IMG/VR virus record: IMGVR_UViG_3300045988_168563
Location: 28,530 to 92,529 of that record
Reading direction: 5' to 3' (one strand)
Length of the DNA stretch: 64,000 nt
Source of the DNA: a virus
Part shown: positions 14,005-24,555 of the stretch, piece by piece
How positions within the stretch are numbered: the stretch's first letter is position 1
Layout: each line of letters starts with the position of its first letter
Made by a program: the position numbers and the translations under genes
Notes under the pieces: model-generated
Database searches by the model: none
What the model was told of the DNA's origin: nothing
Seen by the model: only the letters and a program-made list of their open reading frames with translations

Positions 14005-16255
14005 GCTTAATGAATATCAGACACCGCTAGAGGTACTCACACCTGATATGCCTGAGGAGGTGAAGGAACAGATGGATGACTTCATCCAGTCTGTCCCCTT
14101 CATCCAGCACCTCATAAGCCCACACCGCAAGCGCGCTAAGGACCTACCACGTGACGAGCGCGGTCGTATCATAGTAGACATAGCCCATCCTCACATCATT
14201 GAGGATATGGATTACTTCAGGCCTGCAGCTATACACTTCGAGAAGCACGGCTGTTACACTAAGCTCAAGCCTAACACCAACCCTTCATCTCCCTTCGGGC
14301 AGTGGCTTCGTGAGGAGACAAGAAGAGTCCTTGATGGCTACGTGCGAGAGTCTGATGGCGAGTGGATCACAGGTGATCTGTACTACTACCTCAACTACAG
14401 CCCCATCATGGTCTCTAAGATCAGAGAGGACCAGCCTGGTGTTGCTGACCGCGTGGAGGCATTCCCAGAGATGTGGGAGGGTGTGTACTGGAGATACCAC
14501 TACCTGTATCAAGCGCGTAATGGAGGTATGTACAATGCCTTCCAAGGTGGTAATCATGCCTTTGAGCTAGCTCGTCGTGGTGCAGGTAAGTCCTACTCTC
14601 TGGCCTCACTCATGGCTAAGCGTCTCCTCGTCGGCGAGTCAAAGAAGGTGCAGAAGCGTGTGACTAGCGTGCTACTCGGTTATATCAAGGAGTACCTGCA
14701 AGACAAGGACGGCACGCTCTCTAAGTTTGAGCCTATGATGAACTTCGCTAGGTCTCATACCGAGTGGCCCAATAGTCTCGTGAGGAACAGCATGAGCGAT
14801 ATGATGTGGCGATGTGCATACGTCAATCCTCATACTGGTGCTGTCGAAGGCAAGAACAACGTGGTCATGGGGCTGCCTGTGAAGGACGATGACTCTAAGG
14901 CGCGTGGTAAGCGTGGTTGGATCTTCATCGAGGAGTTCGGTTCGTTCCCTTCCCTCATCGACCTGTACAACACCATCATGTACTCTGTTGAGGAGGGTGG
15001 TGTGACCTTCGCGCTTATCTATGGGGTAGGTACGGCTGGTTCTGATGCGTCTGAGTTCTCCTCAGCACAGGAGATCATGTACCACCCTGTGGCCTACAAG
15101 GTCTATAACGTGCCTAACGTCTATGACAAGGCCACAGGTGGTAGCAAGGATCGCTTCTGCTTCTTCTTCCCTGCATACGTAAACCGTAAGGGGTGCTACA
15201 ATAGTGATGGCGTGTCTGACGTAACAAGGGCTCTTTATGAGATCCTGATGGACAGGTATCGCATCAAGTACAGCACGACTAACCAGGACACGCTGATACG
15301 AAGGATAGCGGAAATGCCTATCGTTCCTCAGGAGGCTATACTGCAGGTCAAGGCTAGCTACTTTCCATCACATGCGCTGAGAGAGAGGCTGGCTGAGATA
15401 GACAATGATCCCTCCTTCTATGCAGGTGTCATCTCCTGTGAGCTATCGCGCAAGGGCTATGACGTGAGTGTGCATCCTGTCAGTGACCTTCCCATCCGTA
15501 ACTTCCCACTGCCAGACAATAAGTCTGCAGGGCATGTCGAGATCTTCGCTATGCCAGAGAAGGATGCTGATGGCAAGGTGCAGCAAGGTAGATACATCGC
15601 TGGTATGGACCCATACGACAACGACCAGGCGGATACCTCATCCTTAGGATCGTTCTTCGTCTTGGACCTCTTCACTGATGAGATCGTATGTGAGTACACC
15701 GGCAGGCCTAGCTTCTCGGATGACTTCTACCGCACGTGTTGTGATATAGCCATCCTCTACGACTGCCGCATCTGCTATGAGAATAACAAGAAGGGTCTCT
15801 TTGCGTACTGCTCAAGGTATAACCTCACACACCTCCTTGAGGATACCCTAGAGTTCCTCCGTGATAGAGACCTCCTCAAGGCTAGGCCTATTGGTAACGC
15901 AGCTAAGGGTGTGACGGCTACCGCCGGTATCAACGCCTATGCTAGGAAGAAGTTAGCTGAATGGCTCGTGATGCCTGTGAGTGTCACACGTCAGACAGAT
16001 GAGGGTGAGGTCTATGATTATGAGATACCCAATCTCTGCAGGATAAAGAATCGCGCTCTTCTTCAGGAGCTGATAGCTTGGAACGACATAGGTAACTTCG
16101 ACCGCGTGTCAGCTATGGGTATCCTCATGCTATACCGCGAGTCGATGCTCATCAGCTTCCAAGAGCACGATGAGGAGAAGCAAGAAGAGATAGATCAGAA
16201 GATGAACTTCTTTGATCGCAATCTGCGTGGCGGTAAGAGCAACCCTTATCTTTAA
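13994..16255 (+). CDS. terL: terminase large subunit
   Basis: Walker A-like RRGAGKSYS (GAGKS = 14579-14593), Walker B-like GWIFIEEFGSF, and a C-terminal nuclease-like IAGMDPYDNDQADTSSLGSFFVLD. The track start 13967 is GTG; the ATG at 13994 is preferred. Confidence 0.8.
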   Translation: MTIELNEYQTPLEVLTPDMPEEVKEQMDDFIQSVPFIQHLISPHRKRAKDLPRDERGRIIVDIAHPHIIEDMDYFRPAAIHFEKHGCYTKLKPNTNPSSPFGQWLREETRRVLDGYVRESDGEWITGDLYYYLNYSPIMVSKIREDQPGVADRVEAFPEMWEGVYWRYHYLYQARNGGMYNAFQGGNHAFELARRGAGKSYSLASLMAKRLLVGESKKVQKRVTSVLLGYIKEYLQDKDGTLSKFEPMMNFARSHTEWPNSLVRNSMSDMMWRCAYVNPHTGAVEGKNNVVMGLPVKDDDSKARGKRGWIFIEEFGSFPSLIDLYNTIMYSVEEGGVTFALIYGVGTAGSDASEFSSAQEIMYHPVAYKVYNVPNVYDKATGGSKDRFCFFFPAYVNRKGCYNSDGVSDVTRALYEILMDRYRIKYSTTNQDTLIRRIAEMPIVPQEAILQVKASYFPSHALRERLAEIDNDPSFYAGVISCELSRKGYDVSVHPVSDLPIRNFPLPDNKSAGHVEIFAMPEKDADGKVQQGRYIAGMDPYDNDQADTSSLGSFFVLDLFTDEIVCEYTGRPSFSDDFYRTCCDIAILYDCRICYENNKKGLFAYCSRYNLTHLLEDTLEFLRDRDLLKARPIGNAAKGVTATAGINAYARKKLAEWLVMPVSVTRQTDEGEVYDYEIPNLCRIKNRALLQELIAWNDIGNFDRVSAMGILMLYRESMLISFQEHDEEKQEEIDQKMNFFDRNLRGGKSNPYL

Positions 16256-16280
16256 GCCTAAATAGTCTATCAGGGTTAGT

Positions 16281-18698
16281 ATGAACGAAAAGAAACAAAA
16301 GGGTGGATTTCCTCAACAGAATCTCCCTAATAGCAAGAAGACACGTGACTGGTGTATCCAGTGCGTGGACTGGGCGAAGGGTACATCCTCTGTGGTTTCC
16401 TCATCGTCCGTAAGACACAGCATCGCAAGGAAGAAGATCAACTATGACCTCATGAATGGTATCATCCATGAGGAGGACATGGCGTCCTTCTTCAACCCTT
16501 ATGGCTTCGCTGACTCCGATGCGCCTGGTAAGATTCAGCACTTCCCCATCATCAACTCTAAGATCAACGTCCTCCTTGGTGAAGAGTCGCGTAGGCCTTT
16601 TGACTATCGTGTCATAGTGACCAACCCCACCGCGGTGTCAGACATGGAGGAGATGAAGAAGCAGCAGGTGATGGAGAACATCATGGCTGTCATGGAATCA
16701 GGTATCACCGATGAAGCTGAACTCAAGGAAGCCTTCAACGAGATACAGCATAGGTACGCTTATAAGTGGCAGGACCTACGCGAGATTCGTGGTAATGCCT
16801 TCCTCAAGCACTACTCTTCTGAACTCTCACTGCCGCTGATGTTCAACAAGGGATTCCTTGATGCGCTCATCGTAGGTGAGGAGATCTATAGGTGTGATAT
16901 CGTAGCTGGTGAGCCTACTATCGAACGTCTCGACCCTATGAAGGTGCGAGTCTTCAAGTCTGGATCATCGGGTAGCATTGAAGATGCTGACATCGTCGTA
17001 GTGGAGGACTACTGGTCCCCTTCACGCATCCTAGATATCTATGGAGATAACCTGTCAAGGGAAGAGATCGATAAGATACACTCTGGCTCTTCCTCAGGAC
17101 TTATAGGTGGTGAAGGAGATAACTTCACCGTCGCAGAGATGTTCGGTCGCTTTGGTATCCATTACTCTGGACCAAACGACACGGCTATCTATAATGGGTC
17201 TACTGTGGCTTCCTCATTGACACCATACGACTTTGAGGGAAACGTCCGCGTCATGCAGGTCTATTGGAAGTCCATCAGGCAGGTGAAGAAGATCACCTCT
17301 ATCGACCCTATGACCGGTGCTGAGGTGTCTACCCTAATGCCCAGTGACTACAAGGTAGATGAGCTCGCAGGTGAGACAGCGAAGATCATGTATATCAACG
17401 AGGCCTGGGAAGGTGTACTCATCGGAGACGACATCTACGCTAACCTCGGTCCCAGGAAGATTCAGTTCAACAGGCTGTCTAATCCTTCCAAGTGCCACTT
17501 CGGTATAGTAGGTAGTATCTACAACCTCAGCGAGGACAAGCCTTACTCCCTCGTCGATATGATGAAGCCGTATAGCTACATGTACAACCTTGTGCATGAC
17601 AAGCTCAACAAGATCATCTACGACAATATCGGTAAGGTAGTCCAGCTGGATATGGCTAAGCTCCCAGCCGAGATGAAGTACGAGAAGTGGTGGTCTATTC
17701 TGAGGAAGATGAAGATGGTCGTGACCAATTCATTTGAGGAAGGGAAGGTTGGTGTAGCTAAGGGTAAGCTAGCCGGCGCGCTGAATAACAACGTAGCTGC
17801 CTCTATCGACCTTGACCTCTCCTCATCGATCATGAACCACGTCCAGCTTCTAGCCTCTATCAAGGAGGAGATGGCTGACGTGGCTGGTATTTCAAGACAG
17901 CGAGAAGGTCAGATCTACAATAGGGAGACTGTAGGAGGTGTCGAGCGCGCCACGCTGCAGTCCTCGTATATCACCGAGTGGATCTTCACTATCCACGAGG
18001 ATGTGAAGAAGCGCGCGCTAGAATGCTTCCTTGAGGTTGCAAAGATTTCACTACGCTATGGGTCAAAGAAGTTTGAGTACATCCTACCAGACCAGTCTAG
18101 GCAGATCATGTCTGTCGGAGGAGAAGAGTTTGCAGAGTGCGACTATGGTATCACTATTGATTCTTCTCGTGGGACGATGGAGATCAATCAGAAGCTGGAT
18201 ATGCTGGCTCAGGCCGCTCTCCAAAATCAGGCCATTGACTTCTCTGCTATCATCAAACTCTACCAGTCTACCTCAATATCTGAGAAGGCAAGTATCATTG
18301 AGCAAGGTGAGCAGGCTATGCGTCAACGCCAGGCTGAGCAGATGCAGGCTCAACAGCAAGCTGAACAACAGGCTGCAGAACAGCAAATGCAGCTCAAGAT
18401 GGCTGAGCTCGATCTCAAGGACCGAATTAGTCAACGTGAAGTGGACGCCCAGCTTGAGATTGCTAAGATGAAGGAAGCGTTCGGCTTCGGTCAGACGATC
18501 TTCCGTATCGACGACGACGTATTCTCTGAGGAAGAGCAGAGGACTCTTGAGCAGTCTGATAGGCAGTTCGATGAGAAGATGAAGCTCGAGAAGGAGAAGC
18601 TGGAAGCGAACAACAAATACAAGCAGCGACAACTGGAGATCCAGGAGCAAGCTGCAAAGGCAGCCAGTGCCAAGGTGGTATCTGGTAAAAAGAAGTAG
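16281..18698 (+). CDS. portal protein (by size and position after TerL)
   Basis: 805-aa ORF directly downstream of TerL. The C-terminal Q/E-rich coiled region (QRQAEQMQAQQQAEQQAAEQQMQL) is typical of portal barrels. The assignment is positional. Confidence 0.6.
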   Translation: MNEKKQKGGFPQQNLPNSKKTRDWCIQCVDWAKGTSSVVSSSSVRHSIARKKINYDLMNGIIHEEDMASFFNPYGFADSDAPGKIQHFPIINSKINVLLGEESRRPFDYRVIVTNPTAVSDMEEMKKQQVMENIMAVMESGITDEAELKEAFNEIQHRYAYKWQDLREIRGNAFLKHYSSELSLPLMFNKGFLDALIVGEEIYRCDIVAGEPTIERLDPMKVRVFKSGSSGSIEDADIVVVEDYWSPSRILDIYGDNLSREEIDKIHSGSSSGLIGGEGDNFTVAEMFGRFGIHYSGPNDTAIYNGSTVASSLTPYDFEGNVRVMQVYWKSIRQVKKITSIDPMTGAEVSTLMPSDYKVDELAGETAKIMYINEAWEGVLIGDDIYANLGPRKIQFNRLSNPSKCHFGIVGSIYNLSEDKPYSLVDMMKPYSYMYNLVHDKLNKIIYDNIGKVVQLDMAKLPAEMKYEKWWSILRKMKMVVTNSFEEGKVGVAKGKLAGALNNNVAASIDLDLSSSIMNHVQLLASIKEEMADVAGISRQREGQIYNRETVGGVERATLQSSYITEWIFTIHEDVKKRALECFLEVAKISLRYGSKKFEYILPDQSRQIMSVGGEEFAECDYGITIDSSRGTMEINQKLDMLAQAALQNQAIDFSAIIKLYQSTSISEKASIIEQGEQAMRQRQAEQMQAQQQAEQQAAEQQMQLKMAELDLKDRISQREVDAQLEIAKMKEAFGFGQTIFRIDDDVFSEEEQRTLEQSDRQFDEKMKLEKEKLEANNKYKQRQLEIQEQAAKAASAKVVSGKKK

Positions 18699-18705
18699 TT
18701 AATAT

Positions 18706-20832
18706 ATGAGTAACATTTTCGAGTTAAGGGATAAGATGACCTCCCTTACAGGTAGGAGGGATACGGACTTCCCAGAGTCCGCCCCACTCCGAGGAGATGA
18801 GAAGATTCCTATCGTGCAGGGCAACGTCAATGTCCTGGCCACGGTAGCGGACCTCCTCTCTGTGGATCAGTCAACCTACCACTCCGTGCCTCCTAGCGTA
18901 CGGACTATCGAAGCTCTGATGGATTACGTCGACAAGAAGCAGATCCCCTCGTTCAAGACGGCGGGATCTGTCTACTCATACTTCGATATGGACTCAGGTC
19001 TGTGGGAAGTGGTGAGGTACATCGGTGCGTCGACGCGATCTGAGGATGTTAAGAACGTGGGTAACTGGGAATGGCTCTCCTCAGGATCAAGTTCCTTCAA
19101 GGGACTCTTCGGCACCAAGCGTGAGCTTGAGGTAGCTGTCCGTCGTCCAAGGGTAGGCGATCACGCCTTCGTGGGTGAGACGCTCGTCACCTCCACGATG
19201 TACAAGTGTCGTCTTGATGGCTTCTGGGAAGCATCAAGCACTAATCCCTTCCAGGACTTCATCTCCGGGCAGGGATACATCGTTTCTGAACCTACCGAGT
19301 ATTTCGGTGCGCCTATTGAGGAGATCATCGCTGACAGGGCTATCGCCGACAGTGAGGGTCATGTGATCTCACAGACCTATGTCACGAGGTGTATGCTTGA
19401 GGAAGCAGTGCAGTACGCAAAGGGTAACATCGGTATTGAGGATCTCTCCCCTGAGGTCATCGCTTACCTCATTGGCATCCGTACTACTGGCATCCTTCCT
19501 AACAGTGAGGACCTGAAGTTCAACGATAAGAACGAGCTGTCCTTCGCAGACCGCAAGGCTTCCGAGGAAGAGTATCTCGGGTATGGGTATGTCTACATGA
19601 GGAAGAACATAGTCGACAAGACCAACCTCCTCGAGCAGCACATGATCGATAAGGAGAACACCATCTATGATGTTCGCTATACCTACGATCTTGATGGGCA
19701 GACTATCAACATCCCTAGTAACACTGTCCTCGACCTCACCAGCGGTGGTGCTTTCAAGAATGGTAAGATCCGCGTCGGCGAGAACGTTATCATCAAGGTC
19801 TTTCGTATGGACCAGATCTGTGTAGATGTCGAAGGTGATCCCAAGTACATCGATGCAGTGAGGAAGGGTGATAAGGGTGATCCCGGTGAGAGAGGTGCTG
19901 ATGGCGCTCGTGGTCCACAGGGTCTCCCCGGTCGTGATGGCGCAGAAGGTCGTCCTGGTAGGGATGGTATAGATGGAAGGCCCGGTCGTGATGGTCGTGA
20001 TGGTATCAACGGCTCTAACGGCGCTAATGGTAAGGATGGTGCCCCTGGTATCACGCCTAGGTTCAAGGTAGAGGATAATAAGCTCTATGTCTCTTACGAC
20101 AATAAGCATACGTGGGAATGGCTGTACACCTTCACCAGCGGTGGTGGTGTAGTACCAGCCCCAGAGCCTAGCCCTACCCCTGATCCTACGCCTAAGCCTC
20201 CTACACCACAGCCGGATCCTACTCCTAACCCTCCTCAACCAGAACCAGAGCAACCTTCACAGCCCTCTTGCTCGTTCGTCTTCCTCAATCGCGCAGACTA
20301 TAACCTTGCGTCGTATCACGCTGGACTACCAGAGGGGATCTACGCATACCAGGTCTGTGAGGAAGGTAATGGAAAGAGAAAGGACTTTGGCAAGATCCTG
20401 TCTGTAACTAGGATGCCTGAACGCGACAAGCCCAACGAGAAGTGCGGTCCTGAAGAGTTCGTAAGTCCTATCATTCAGGATGAGATTCCTGTCGACTACG
20501 TGGATGTGGTGCAGTTTGTAGAGGACGTTGTCCCCAACGGCACTCGTGGTGTCCTCTCAGTACTCCTGAGGAAGGGCGAGGCACGTAGGTACGATGAGAA
20601 GACTATCGACGCACTCCTCGATAAGTACGCACGCCTAGAGCTCGCTACGTACTCCCTCTGTGAGGTGGTGAGGGATGGTCGCACCACGCTCGTCTACAAG
20701 CGCGTAGGCATCCTCGGTCCTATCAATAGGGATAGCGATGTCCTCTGCACTGTAGTGGATAAGGCTACCATCGTGAGAGAACTGTCAGCAAGAACGTCTA
20801 ACTTCCCATTTGTCAAGTATGTCAAGAATTAG
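18706..20832 (+). CDS. collagen-like repeat fibre protein (head or tail fibre)
   Basis: 20 uninterrupted G-X-Y triplets ([41 protein letters not shown], 19867-20049). A Pro/Thr-rich linker [37 protein letters not shown] (about 20155-20266) follows, then a globular C-terminal domain. Confidence 0.7.
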   Translation: MSNIFELRDKMTSLTGRRDTDFPESAPLRGDEKIPIVQGNVNVLATVADLLSVDQSTYHSVPPSVRTIEALMDYVDKKQIPSFKTAGSVYSYFDMDSGLWEVVRYIGASTRSEDVKNVGNWEWLSSGSSSFKGLFGTKRELEVAVRRPRVGDHAFVGETLVTSTMYKCRLDGFWEASSTNPFQDFISGQGYIVSEPTEYFGAPIEEIIADRAIADSEGHVISQTYVTRCMLEEAVQYAKGNIGIEDLSPEVIAYLIGIRTTGILPNSEDLKFNDKNELSFADRKASEEEYLGYGYVYMRKNIVDKTNLLEQHMIDKENTIYDVRYTYDLDGQTINIPSNTVLDLTSGGAFKNGKIRVGENVIIKVFRMDQICVDVEGDPKYIDAVRKGDKGDPGERGADGARGPQGLPGRDGAEGRPGRDGIDGRPGRDGRDGINGSNGANGKDGAPGITPRFKVEDNKLYVSYDNKHTWEWLYTFTSGGGVVPAPEPSPTPDPTPKPPTPQPDPTPNPPQPEPEQPSQPSCSFVFLNRADYNLASYHAGLPEGIYAYQVCEEGNGKRKDFGKILSVTRMPERDKPNEKCGPEEFVSPIIQDEIPVDYVDVVQFVEDVVPNGTRGVLSVLLRKGEARRYDEKTIDALLDKYARLELATYSLCEVVRDGRTTLVYKRVGILGPINRDSDVLCTVVDKATIVRELSARTSNFPFVKYVKN

Positions 20833-21736
20833 AATTTGCAGAATCAACAAGCCCGGACATCCGCTCCATGGGCTTGTGGTGAACTACCGCAATGCCGACG
20901 AGAATGAAGGCGGCGGTGGTGGCGGTGGAGCTGTTACTACCGACAAGGAGGCTATCAAGAGTCTTATCTCTGAGGAGATGTACAGTGGTCATATCGGCGT
21001 AGGCGTACATCTTGTCGCGCAGGCAGAGGCTACCAATGACGGCATGAACAACGCTGTTGTACGCCCTCAGCTTGGATCTTACCTCGATATCACCGACGAG
21101 ACCTTCAACAAGCTGAAGGACAATGTCAGCAGGCTGAAGATCAGGTGTGGTGACTTTGAGAGCTCCTTCAGGTTTGACTACAGGCCTCACCTCGACAGGG
21201 AGACCTATGACTTCCCTGACAACAAGACAATCGGCAACTTCGATCTCTATGGCTCTGCAGGTAGAAGGCTTCACATCGATGAGTTCGTCTGGGGACAGAT
21301 CCTCAACAACGCTGCTCGTGAGGAACGCAGGACGAATGTATTCATCCCTAGCGGCACTGGAGATAGGGACTTCTTAGCTATTACGGCTAGAAGGGTAGCA
21401 CCAGATCAGCTTAACAGGATTGGTGACCTGTCTCTCAACAGCCCAGCTATGGTCGAGAAGTTCGTCCAGTCATCCGCTCCTCTTCCTTATGGGCGTGCTA
21501 ACTCAGCTATCCTCTCCAGGGAAGCTAACTGGGGAGATCTCATGATGCCTAACGCCAACGCATCAGGTTATCCGACTCAGGAAGTGATGTACACCATTGA
21601 GTTCCTTGATGGCTCGTCCTTCTCTGGCAGTGCTACCGTTGAAGTGCGTCCTACCTTCTCTACCTACACAGCCTCTAGGCTCCTGAGGAAGGATGAAGAT
21701 GGCTGGAGATATGGCTTTATCAAATTCCATGCATGA
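20819..21736 (+). CDS. fibre/receptor-binding candidate with shared N-terminal anchor motif
   Basis: The track start 20810 is TTG; the ATG at 20819 gives [21 protein letters not shown], followed by a Gly7 linker (20908-20928). The N-terminal motif is shared with the next gene. Confidence 0.6.
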   Translation: MSRIRICRINKPGHPLHGLVVNYRNADENEGGGGGGGAVTTDKEAIKSLISEEMYSGHIGVGVHLVAQAEATNDGMNNAVVRPQLGSYLDITDETFNKLKDNVSRLKIRCGDFESSFRFDYRPHLDRETYDFPDNKTIGNFDLYGSAGRRLHIDEFVWGQILNNAAREERRTNVFIPSGTGDRDFLAITARRVAPDQLNRIGDLSLNSPAMVEKFVQSSAPLPYGRANSAILSREANWGDLMMPNANASGYPTQEVMYTIEFLDGSSFSGSATVEVRPTFSTYTASRLLRKDEDGWRYGFIKFHA

Positions 21737-21792
21737 TGGAGCTCGCGTTTCAGATCGCAGTAGCAGTCGTAATACTAATCGTAATTTTAAGT

Positions 21793-22620
21793 ATGGCAAA
21801 AATCAAATATAGGATCTGCCGAATCGTCAAGCCTGGATCGCCCCTTAACGGTCAGATCGTCAGTAAGACGATAGTAGATGACAGTAGGGAAGGGCAGCCA
21901 GAGTGGACACCACGTGTTGGTGAGTACGTCTGGATGGATATGCAGAACGGCGGCAGCTCAGCTAAGCCAGTAGCTGGTGCGCCTTCCTACTGGAAGACCA
22001 TGGTCCTCTCTACAAGTGGCAAGACCTTCCAGGAGCTTACCGTCAATGCGGAGGACTACAGGAAGAGAGCTAACACGCCTGGAGGTATAGACTCTCTCTA
22101 CCCAAGGTTCGCGCTCCTGCAGTACGACTCTAATCTTCAGCCTAAGGCTGTTGTCGATGATGTACATTCTCTTGTTGGTTACACTGGCGGTGAAGTGCTT
22201 GGTCTGTATACGTCTGGTGATAACAATGCTTACGTCATTGCAAATGCCATCAAGTCCAATGGTTCATCTCCAGTGTCCACGCACTTCGTCTTTATGTCTA
22301 CGACTGATCTAAAGAAGAGGGATGAAGCATCATATAAGCTCCGCAATTCGGACTTCAGTCATAGCGATAAACCGAAGGCTGAAGTTGTCTCTTACCTCAA
22401 GACTCTCGGCGCAAAGATGGGTATCGACACATCTGGCGCTACAGAGTACACGACACAAGAGTTCCGCTTCCCATCAGCATACCACTTCTATGGTGATACG
22501 CCAGATGAGAATGGCATGTTTGCCTTTGTGCAGTACACGCTAGTTCTACCCAATGGAGACCAGCGCGTGAGTGTACTTGTCAAGGACATCCATGATGAAG
22601 GATATAGTGATCATCTTTAA
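21793..22620 (+). CDS. fibre/receptor-binding candidate with shared N-terminal anchor motif
   Basis: MAKIKYRICRIVKPGSPLNGQIV parallels the N-terminus of the previous gene. The ATG at 21793 has the usual A/T-rich context. An alternative ATGA-overlap start at 21733 would add a hydrophobic 20-aa extension. Confidence 0.55.
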   Translation: MAKIKYRICRIVKPGSPLNGQIVSKTIVDDSREGQPEWTPRVGEYVWMDMQNGGSSAKPVAGAPSYWKTMVLSTSGKTFQELTVNAEDYRKRANTPGGIDSLYPRFALLQYDSNLQPKAVVDDVHSLVGYTGGEVLGLYTSGDNNAYVIANAIKSNGSSPVSTHFVFMSTTDLKKRDEASYKLRNSDFSHSDKPKAEVVSYLKTLGAKMGIDTSGATEYTTQEFRFPSAYHFYGDTPDENGMFAFVQYTLVLPNGDQRVSVLVKDIHDEGYSDHL

Positions 22621-22629
22621 TAATCAGCT

Positions 22630-24552
22630 ATGATATCTAAAGAAAACATAATAGAGTCCCTCAAGGCTCTTACCAAGAATCTCTTGAGGTCTAGCAGCGG
22701 TATCACTGTGGCTGATGGCACTGTCATTGGCAGTGCATCATCTGAGGAGGTTGTGGCTAATATGCCCAACCTCATCTTCCGCAGTGTGCCGGAGCTGAGG
22801 AAGGTAGACCCACTGATCCTCTATGATGGTATCTCTAAGGCTGGGGAGCTGACAAGGTATGACTACAAGGGTAATCCCTGGGAGAACCTAGTCCTTGATA
22901 TGTACTCTGGCGGTGAGCACGTCTACCATAGGGAGATTGACCTTGGCGTAGCGCTGATGTTTAATATCATCGAAGCAGGTGTTCCTCAAAGTGTAGTTAC
23001 AAAGGAGATCTTTGATAAGTTCGAGAACTGGAGGTTTAACTATCCTGTCCTTAGGTATCACCTCTGCCACTTCAATATGAAGCTGAGGAGAGGTGATGAA
23101 GACACGGAGACGAGGATTCCACTCTTCTACGAGTTGAAGAACGCGCCACATCTGGCATTCTATCGTTGCGTAGACCCAGAGACGAACTTCTCTACTGACC
23201 ACGACCCACTCTTTGGTGGATGGCTGAGGCTGATGTATGCTCTCCCTCGCAATGAGCACTCTAAGAAGATCCTTCTCCTCCTCAAGGACACTCTGGCAAA
23301 GTACCCTATCAATGGCAACATTGACTACCTCCTTGGTAATGAAGGTATGCACTTTGGTGGTCTTAGTGTGAATGAGTTTGAGAATGTAGGCAATCACATG
23401 CCTGCAGAGGTGGAAGAGCTGAAGATGACCATTCAGGCGGACCCAGGTCCAGCAACATCAGTCTTTGATGGTATCTCTGCCAGGGCTGCCTTTGCCTGCG
23501 CTAAGGTGAACCCCAGTATCACGTTCAAGTCAGGGCATATCAATAACTGTCACGCAATGTTCAAGGGTGTGCGTGGTACTACTACTGATCCTGAGCGAAT
23601 GAAGAATGAGGTGTACTTCTCTCCCTGTAAGCTCAAGATTGGCTATGAGGGTAAGAAGTATGCGTCAGCTGACTATCCTTACTTTGGACTAGTGCCTACC
23701 ACCATCGCGGACTGTTTCAAGTTCTCTTACCTCAACCAGAAGAGCTATGATGAGTTCTTCCTCAAGGCTAACTTCAGGCACTGCCGAGACTTCTCTGGCG
23801 CTTTCGCTGAGCAGGTCTTCAATAGGGTCTTCAATGCTGAGGAGGATGGCTTTACTCCTGAGATGGTAGGTCACGGATCATTCGGTGACTACGGTAAGAT
23901 CACGATCAAAGACCCAGCACTCTATGATGAGCACGGATTTCGTAGGGTTGATCCTGTGGCGTTCTCCGTGTGGTACCCAGGTATGGATGACTACGACAAG
24001 GACAAGAAGCGCTGGTCAGTAAATCCCACCGGTGGTATCTCCTATATGTGTAAGTACTCTCACGTGGCTGTCATCGAACCGATCATCGATTGTACTTATC
24101 TTTACACCGATGCTCAGCTGTACCAGGCCTTCCACTGTCCTCCTGGTCAGGTTAACTGGCCTGGCTATCGCGGCCTGAGGAGCCAGATACAAAGTCTGAG
24201 GCTTAGGAATCTTGGTAATAGGGACTACAACTTCGCAGGTACTGTCACTGACTGGGCTACGACCAACAACCCAGACTGGAACCTTGAGTCTCTTGACAGA
24301 GAGTCTGTGGTCTATCTCCTCAACAACATGAGGGATCAGTCTCTCTACGTAAATGGTAAGGAAGACGAACTCTTCCTTCTCGGTCCATCCTTCAGTCTTA
24401 GGATCCCTGAAAAGTGGGAAGCCTACATGACTGGTGGTATGGTGGCCTCGCTCATGAGGAAGGGATGGAGAGTCTACATCGGCAATGACACCAAGAGCCT
24501 TGAGGACTACATCGTATGCACTGAGGAAGAAGAAGAACCAGATTTTTTATAG
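22630..24552 (+). CDS. virion structural protein candidate (function unknown)
   Basis: 640-aa ORF in the late operon between fibre-like genes. No motif recognised. Confidence 0.7.
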   Translation: MISKENIIESLKALTKNLLRSSSGITVADGTVIGSASSEEVVANMPNLIFRSVPELRKVDPLILYDGISKAGELTRYDYKGNPWENLVLDMYSGGEHVYHREIDLGVALMFNIIEAGVPQSVVTKEIFDKFENWRFNYPVLRYHLCHFNMKLRRGDEDTETRIPLFYELKNAPHLAFYRCVDPETNFSTDHDPLFGGWLRLMYALPRNEHSKKILLLLKDTLAKYPINGNIDYLLGNEGMHFGGLSVNEFENVGNHMPAEVEELKMTIQADPGPATSVFDGISARAAFACAKVNPSITFKSGHINNCHAMFKGVRGTTTDPERMKNEVYFSPCKLKIGYEGKKYASADYPYFGLVPTTIADCFKFSYLNQKSYDEFFLKANFRHCRDFSGAFAEQVFNRVFNAEEDGFTPEMVGHGSFGDYGKITIKDPALYDEHGFRRVDPVAFSVWYPGMDDYDKDKKRWSVNPTGGISYMCKYSHVAVIEPIIDCTYLYTDAQLYQAFHCPPGQVNWPGYRGLRSQIQSLRLRNLGNRDYNFAGTVTDWATTNNPDWNLESLDRESVVYLLNNMRDQSLYVNGKEDELFLLGPSFSLRIPEKWEAYMTGGMVASLMRKGWRVYIGNDTKSLEDYIVCTEEEEEPDFL

Positions 24553-24555
24553 AAT

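Noticed and set aside
19369-20253. 294-aa and 127-aa minus-strand ORFs opposite the collagen-like repeat.
   Set aside because: The GGN-rich repeat is stop-free on the opposite strand by construction. The translations are Pro/Arg/Ser/Thr low complexity.
21733-21792. ATGA-overlap start adding a hydrophobic 20-aa N-terminus to the second anchor-motif gene.
   Set aside because: Its paralog begins directly with the shared motif, and ATG 21793 has the standard A/T-rich context. This is kept as an alternative rather than excluded.
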